Part shown: positions 59,185 through 64,000 of the stretch, one piece after another
Layout of the letters: the number at the start of each line of letters is the position of its first letter
Position numbering within the stretch: the first letter of the stretch is position 1
NCBI GenBank assembly: GCA_965217185.1
Contig: OZ244252.1
Coordinates: 608,001-672,000 of the forward strand
DNA: 64,000 nt
From: an uncultured Candidatus Entotheonella sp.
Lineage (GTDB): Bacteria > Tectomicrobia > Entotheonellia > Entotheonellales > Entotheonellaceae
Reading direction: 5' to 3'
The notes under the pieces: generated by a model
The model's input: the letters and a program-made list of their open reading frames with translations, nothing else
Database searches by the model: none
What the model was told of the DNA's origin: nothing
Position numbers and translations under genes: made by a program

Positions 59185-60465
59185 TTAGATGATGTGTTGG
59201 TCACGCAGCCGTTGGATGTGCGCGTCGTCGTAGCCCAGGGACTGCAGAATGTCGTCCGTGTGCGCGCCCAGCGGCGGGGCGGGGGGGCCGACCTCGCCCG
59301 GCGTGGCGGACAGGTTGACCGGCAGGCCGATGACTTTGATCGCACCGCCTTCAGGATGGCGCTGCTCCGCGACCATGGAATTATGGTGCACCTGCGGGTC
59401 CGCGAACAGCTCGGCGTAGTCGTACACCGGCGCGCAGAGCACGTCGTAGGTGCTCAGGTAGGCGAGCCAGTCGTCGCGGCTGCGGGCGCTCAGGATTTTC
59501 TCCAGCACGGCGACGAGCGCCTCGCCGTGGGCACGGCGCGCCTCGCGGGAAGCGAAGCGGGTATCGTCGGCCAAGTCGGCAAACTCGGGTACCGAGCACA
59601 GGCGCCGCCACCACTCGTCGGAGTGCGCGTTCAACACCAGCCAATTGTCGCGGGTGGGAAACACGCCGTAGGGCTGCGAGATCATCCAATGCCCGCTGCC
59701 GCTGCGGGGCGGCAGGGCGCCGGAATTGAGAAAGACGGTGGCCTCCATGGATTGCAGGGCGATCATGGCGTCGAGCAGCGAGACTTCCACCTCCTGGCCG
59801 ATGCCGTACCGCGAGCGCGCTTGCAGGGCGGTGACGACCCCGTAGGCGGCGGTCAGAGCGCCAGTGACGTCGGCGAGATAGGTGCCGACCGCAACCGGCG
59901 GGCCGCCTTCCCAGCCGGTGGTGCTGATGATGCCCGACATGCCTTGCAGCAGCAGGTCCTGTCCGGGGCGTTTGGCGAGCGGGCCGTCCTGGCCGTAGCC
60001 GGAGAGCGAGCAGTAGATGAGCGACGGATTGAGCGGGCGCAGGCGTTCGGCGTCGAGGCCGAGCCGGGCCATGACGCCGGGCCGGAAATTGTGGATGAGC
60101 ACGTCGCTGCGGGTCGTGAGGCGGCGGATGATTTCCTGTCCATCAGGCTGCCGCAGATCGACGGTGAGACTGCGTTTGTTGCGGTTGCGGGCGAGGAACG
60201 AGGCGCTGTCGCCGTGCACCCGCACGCTGCCGGCCTGCCGCGCCGGGTCACCCGTTTCGCGGGGTTCGATCTTGATGACGTCGGCGCCCATGTCGGCCAG
60301 CATCTGGGTGCAGAAAGGGCCGAAAATGTAGCGCGACAGATCAAGCACGTGGACGCCGTCGAGGGCTTTGGGCGCGCGCCCGAGGTGTTGCAGGCGCTGC
60401 TGTTTGAGCTCATGCAACTCGGCTTCGAGGGCGGCGATGCGGGCTTCGAGGGCTGAGTCGGACAC
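59185..60465 (-). CDS. CaiB/BaiF family III CoA-transferase
   Basis: VLDLS..GP, GADVIKIE, NRNKRS, NFRPG, SGYGQDGP, PPLGAHT. Confidence 0.92.
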   Translation of the reverse strand: MSDSALEARIAALEAELHELKQQRLQHLGRAPKALDGVHVLDLSRYIFGPFCTQMLADMGADVIKIEPRETGDPARQAGSVRVHGDSASFLARNRNKRSLTVDLRQPDGQEIIRRLTTRSDVLIHNFRPGVMARLGLDAERLRPLNPSLIYCSLSGYGQDGPLAKRPGQDLLLQGMSGIISTTGWEGGPPVAVGTYLADVTGALTAAYGVVTALQARSRYGIGQEVEVSLLDAMIALQSMEATVFLNSGALPPRSGSGHWMISQPYGVFPTRDNWLVLNAHSDEWWRRLCSVPEFADLADDTRFASREARRAHGEALVAVLEKILSARSRDDWLAYLSTYDVLCAPVYDYAELFADPQVHHNSMVAEQRHPEGGAIKVIGLPVNLSATPGEVGPPAPPLGAHTDDILQSLGYDDAHIQRLRDQHII

Positions 60466-60621
60466 GGGAATTCCTTAAACGGTTGTTGGAATAAAGCGTT
60501 TATACCATAGGTGCCAACGAGCGGTCCACGAAGGGGGTTGACAGGACGGCGACGGGGTGGGTTAGAGTGGGGGACGGTTTTCAGGTCCCAAGACAAACAG
60601 AAGCGGGGGAGTAGGGGCGTT

Positions 60622-61398
60622 ATGCGACGATTTGAGGGCAAGGTTGTGGCGGTGACGGGCGGCGCGTCGGGGATCGGCGAGGCGACGGCGCGGCGTTGCG
60701 GTGCCGAGGGCGCGCGGGTGGCGATTGCCGACCGCGATGCCGAGCGCGGCGAGTGGGTGGCGGCGGACTTGCAGGGCCAAGGCGTTGAGGCGCTGTTCGT
60801 GGCGGCGCAAGTGGAACGCGAAGAGGCGGCGGCGGATTTTGTGCGGCGCACGGTGGATCGTTTCGGGCGGCTCGACGTGCTGGTGAACAACGCCGGCATC
60901 CGGTTGTACCAGACGGTGGTGGAGGCCAGCGCCGAGAGTTGGGACACGATCCTGGCGGTCAACGTGAAGGGTTATGCCTTCTGCGCCAAGGCCGCCATTC
61001 CGGTGATGCGGCAAAACGGCGGCAGCATCGTCAACGTGGCGTCGATACGCGCCGTCACCGCCGGCGGCAACATGACGCAGTACGACACCAGCAAGGCGGC
61101 CGTGGCCGGGTTGACGCGCGGCCTGGCGATGGACCACGCCATGGAGGGCATCCGGGTCAACGCCGTGTGCCCGGGGCCGATCTTCACGCGCTTCCACGAG
61201 AACCGGGCGCAGGAGGCCGGCAAGACGCCGGATGAGTTCAAGAAGACCTTCGCGGGCGGCGTCATGCTGCAGCGGCCGGGTACACCGGAGGAGGTGGCGG
61301 CCTGTATCCTGTTCCTGGCCTCGGACGACGCCTCATTCGTTACCGGCACCTGCCTGTTCGTCGACGGCGGGATAACCGCGGCGTCGCCAACCCATTGA
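60622..61398 (+). CDS. SDR family oxidoreductase
   Basis: TGGASGIG, NNAG, YDTSK, IRVNAVCPG. Confidence 0.92.
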   Translation: MRRFEGKVVAVTGGASGIGEATARRCGAEGARVAIADRDAERGEWVAADLQGQGVEALFVAAQVEREEAAADFVRRTVDRFGRLDVLVNNAGIRLYQTVVEASAESWDTILAVNVKGYAFCAKAAIPVMRQNGGSIVNVASIRAVTAGGNMTQYDTSKAAVAGLTRGLAMDHAMEGIRVNAVCPGPIFTRFHENRAQEAGKTPDEFKKTFAGGVMLQRPGTPEEVAACILFLASDDASFVTGTCLFVDGGITAASPTH

Positions 61399-61548
61399 TT
61401 TAAGAGGATATAGCGAATGTTTTCGGCTAGGTTGGAATCGTATGAAGTATTCCACACGTTTTGGGGAAAACCACTGGAATTCCCTGTCTAAGCGATTGGC
61501 GGAAGTGAGGTTTTGCAGAATGCTGAAAATGGCAGCACTACCCCAACG

Positions 61549-61989
61549 TCAGAGTCGCCAGCGGGCGACCGTCTCCACGGCTTCGCCGAGCGGAGCGAAG
61601 AGGCGAAAATCACGCTGGGACGTGCCGCAGGCGAGGCAGGTCCAGCGCGGCAGCAGGCGTTGGCGCCAGCGCACCCCGTCGGTGCGGCGGTTGCACGCCC
61701 GGCAATGGCCCGGCACGGTGCCGAATAGCCAGCCGCAGGTCCAGCACACCCATTTGGTGGCGGCGCCGGCGGCGTTCTGCACCAGGGCGCCCTCGGTGCG
61801 GCGGCGGCAGATCCGGCAATGGACGTGCTGCCAGTCGGTGACGCGCCAATCCATGAGGCGGCTGTGGCCGCAGCGGACGCATTCCCAGATCATGACGGGT
61901 TTTTCGAGGTTGGGGATGCGGCGCCACGTGGTCTGTTGGCCGCATGGCTCGCAGTGGGCTTGCTGGGGTCTGAGGTATGGTTCGTGCAT
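61549..61989 (-). CDS. Hypothetical triple zinc-ribbon protein
   Basis: Six CxxC pairs arranged in three HCxxC...WxCxxCG repeats. Confidence 0.65.
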   Translation of the reverse strand: MHEPYLRPQQAHCEPCGQQTTWRRIPNLEKPVMIWECVRCGHSRLMDWRVTDWQHVHCRICRRRTEGALVQNAAGAATKWVCWTCGWLFGTVPGHCRACNRRTDGVRWRQRLLPRWTCLACGTSQRDFRLFAPLGEAVETVARWRL

Positions 61990-61990
61990 C

Positions 61991-62070
61991 TTTTCGAGTT
62001 CTTAGTTTCGAGTTTTTAGTTCTCAGTCCTCAGTTCTCAAAACCAAAAACTCAAAACTGGAAACTAAAAA
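61991..62070. repeat. Heptamer tandem repeat followed by an inverted heptamer tract
   Basis: TTTCGAG/TTCTTAG/TTTCGAG/TTTTTAG/TTCTCAG/TCCTCAG then AAAACCA/AAAACTC/AAAACTG/GAAACTA. Confidence 0.75.
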
Positions 62071-62071
62071 T

Positions 62072-62791
62072 ATGAGTCAGCGTTACGCCTTGGTTACGGC
62101 TGGCGCGCAGGGGTTGGGTTGGGCCATGGCGCGGCATCTGGGACGCCATGGGTACAGCCTGTTCGTCCACTACTACACCAGCCAGGGAAATGCCGAGGCG
62201 CTGCAGGCCGAGGTCACAGCGGCGGGCGGCGAGGCGGTTTGCGTGCAGGCCGACCTGTCACGCGCCGAGGGACGCGAGGGCCTGATGGCGGAGATCGCCG
62301 ACCGTACGCCGGCGTTGCACGTCCTGGTCAACAATGTCGGCTGGTATTTCATCGAGCGGTTGCCTGACATCACCCTGGCGCAATGGGAACAGGCCCTCAG
62401 CCTCAATTGCACGGTAGCGTTCCACCTCACGCAACTCGCGCTGCCGCTCCTGGAGGCAGCCGAGCCGGCCGGCCGTATTATCAACATCGGCGATTCGGCC
62501 TGCGACCGCCTGGCCGCACACGTCATGGCGACGCCCTACCACATCGCCAAGCTGGGTCTGCACGTGCTGACGCGCAGCTACGCGGAACTACTCATGCCCA
62601 AGGGCATCACGGTCAACATGATCTCGCCGGGATTTCTGGAAAACAGCGTTGGCCGCCCGCCCAGGCGGCTGCCTGCCGGACGCAAAGGATCGTTCGCCGA
62701 CGTGCTTGGCGCGTTGGATTACCTCCTCTCCGAGCAAGCCGCTTACGTGTCGGGAACCAACCTGCTGGTCACCGGCGCCTGGCAGCTATGA
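62072..62791 (+). CDS. SDR oxidoreductase (pteridine reductase-like)
   Basis: TAGAQGLG, VHYYTS, NNVG, YHIAK. Confidence 0.85.
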   Translation: MSQRYALVTAGAQGLGWAMARHLGRHGYSLFVHYYTSQGNAEALQAEVTAAGGEAVCVQADLSRAEGREGLMAEIADRTPALHVLVNNVGWYFIERLPDITLAQWEQALSLNCTVAFHLTQLALPLLEAAEPAGRIINIGDSACDRLAAHVMATPYHIAKLGLHVLTRSYAELLMPKGITVNMISPGFLENSVGRPPRRLPAGRKGSFADVLGALDYLLSEQAAYVSGTNLLVTGAWQL

Positions 62792-63766
62792 GCGCCGGCA
62801 CAGGTAAATCCCTTCCTCCTGCGAATCAAGCACCCACGTCTGCAGGACGTCGAAGCCGGCGTCGCGGAGCACTCGCGGCAGCGCTGCCGGGGTGAAGCGG
62901 TTCGAGAAGAACACCTCCAGCACCTCTCCCTTGTGGAAGTCGAACGATTCCTCGTAAAGCGCCACGTGTACATCCTGCAAGACGCGGGCGTCGGCCTGGA
63001 TGCGCCAGACGTGGCCGTCCTCGCGCAGCGGCCGCGCCTGCACAGAGAGCCGCAGGTCGGAGCCCGCAAAGCCCAGGCTGTCCAGCAGTCCGGCGAACCA
63101 GGCACGGGCCAGCGGATTATCGTACTGCGGCAGGATGCGCTGCGCCGCCGCCGAGCCGTATGAGCCGGGCGACAGGTTGGCAGAAAGCAGCAGCAGGTCG
63201 TCGGGCCGCATGAGACGCCGGAGGTAGGGCAGCAGGGTGGCGTAGTCGAAATTCGGGATGATGCCGAAGCAGCCGAAGACGCGGCGGGCGCCGTCGGCTT
63301 CCTGTTGCGCCAGCCAAGGGTCGAGGTCGGGTTCCGCTGCCAGATCGACAACCAGCGGCGAGGCGCTCAAGGCGGGGAACGCTCCTTGCAAGCGCAGCAT
63401 CGTTTCCAGCACCAACGCGGCGCTGGTGTCCGTGGGGCTGACGTGCAGCGCGCCGCCGTGGTCCAGGGCGTGGCGTACGAACAGGGCGTCCTTGTTGCCG
63501 CCGCCGCATCCCAGGCTGACGTAGTGCAGGGGTCGTCCCGTCAGGGCGGCAATGGCCGCCTGAAAAGACCGTTCGTACAGCACCAACAGTTCCGGTTCGG
63601 TGCGCGACGGTGAGTAAGCCTGGTGGTATGCCAACCAACGCTGCGCCTGCGCCGGCGAATCGTACAACAGCCGCCCCGGCAGTTTGCGGGCGCGCAGTCC
63701 CTGCCGGCACTGCATAGCCACCTGCTCGGGGTACTGGGATTCGTGGAATGTGAGCGTCATCGGCAT
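62786..63766 (-). CDS. L-histidine N-alpha-methyltransferase (EgtD)-family protein
   Basis: KLPGRLLYDS, YSPSRTE, SLGCGGGNKD, IPNF, YDN. Confidence 0.75.
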   Translation of the reverse strand: MPMTLTFHESQYPEQVAMQCRQGLRARKLPGRLLYDSPAQAQRWLAYHQAYSPSRTEPELLVLYERSFQAAIAALTGRPLHYVSLGCGGGNKDALFVRHALDHGGALHVSPTDTSAALVLETMLRLQGAFPALSASPLVVDLAAEPDLDPWLAQQEADGARRVFGCFGIIPNFDYATLLPYLRRLMRPDDLLLLSANLSPGSYGSAAAQRILPQYDNPLARAWFAGLLDSLGFAGSDLRLSVQARPLREDGHVWRIQADARVLQDVHVALYEESFDFHKGEVLEVFFSNRFTPAALPRVLRDAGFDVLQTWVLDSQEEGIYLCRRS

Positions 63767-63927
63767 GCGGATAGGTTCTCGCTTCTGGTTGTTAGCCCCG
63801 CACCATCGCCGAATGATACCGATTCGGTGGTTGCCGGTGCTGTGTCATGGTACATCGGCGTCTCGTGCTTTTCCAAGGAAGCTCAGTGGCGGACGTTCCA
63901 GAGCCAGGGCAAGCCGCCCCTTTTCCC

Positions 63928-63956
63928 TTGACACCCCGCATACCTTCCCCTACGTT
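63928..63956 (+). promoter_or_regulatory. Putative sigma70 promoter for a gene beyond the window
   Basis: TTGACA-17 nt-TACGTT. Confidence 0.5.
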
Positions 63957-64000
63957 ACCGCTTCCTCAAGCGTCCGTGGGCGATTGAATTTACGAGTGCC

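Noticed and set aside
62786..63766. Ergothioneine biosynthesis cluster
   Set aside because: Only a divergent EgtD-family gene is visible; no egtB or egtC in the window
1..64000. CRISPR array, cas genes, rRNA or tRNA
   Set aside because: No regularly spaced direct repeats, cas motifs or cloverleaf/rRNA signatures found by eye; a covariance-model scan would be needed to exclude small RNAs

Overview
GC-rich bacterial chromosome segment with no rRNA, tRNA or CRISPR array that I could see. F420 genes, a Uma2 gene and many REP-like repeats suggest a large-genome environmental or sponge-associated lineage, but that is inference. Housekeeping blocks include argH, dapA, cofG/cofH, a DapE/ArgE-like peptidase, NamZ, SDRs, an F420-dependent LLM, GcvT-family enzymes, a CoA-transferase and an EgtD-like gene. 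Three accessory/defence islands interrupt them. (1) 7.6-18.6 kb: single-chain nuclease/N6-MTase, a complete SPARTA system (TIR-APAZ + short Argonaute), Phd-VapC, an IS630-derived miniature element, a DUF4258 gene paired with an unusual YgiT zinc-finger/HEPN-like fusion, and an ABC-ATPase + DUF4276 pair. (2) 24-32 kb: a 7 kb segment between two direct copies of a NUDIX gene, carrying a decaying NurA-HerA-DNA methyltransferase operon broken by two IS5 copies. (3) 38.5-49 kb: AbrB-VapC, Fic, a PLD-SNF2 helicase, an Eco57I-like MTase and a membrane protein, bracketed by two convergent paralogous Gld-like ABC operons. The best candidates for undescribed systems are the DUF4258/YgiT-HEPN module and the NurA-HerA-MTase operon. 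All family calls come from motif recognition by eye, not database searches.
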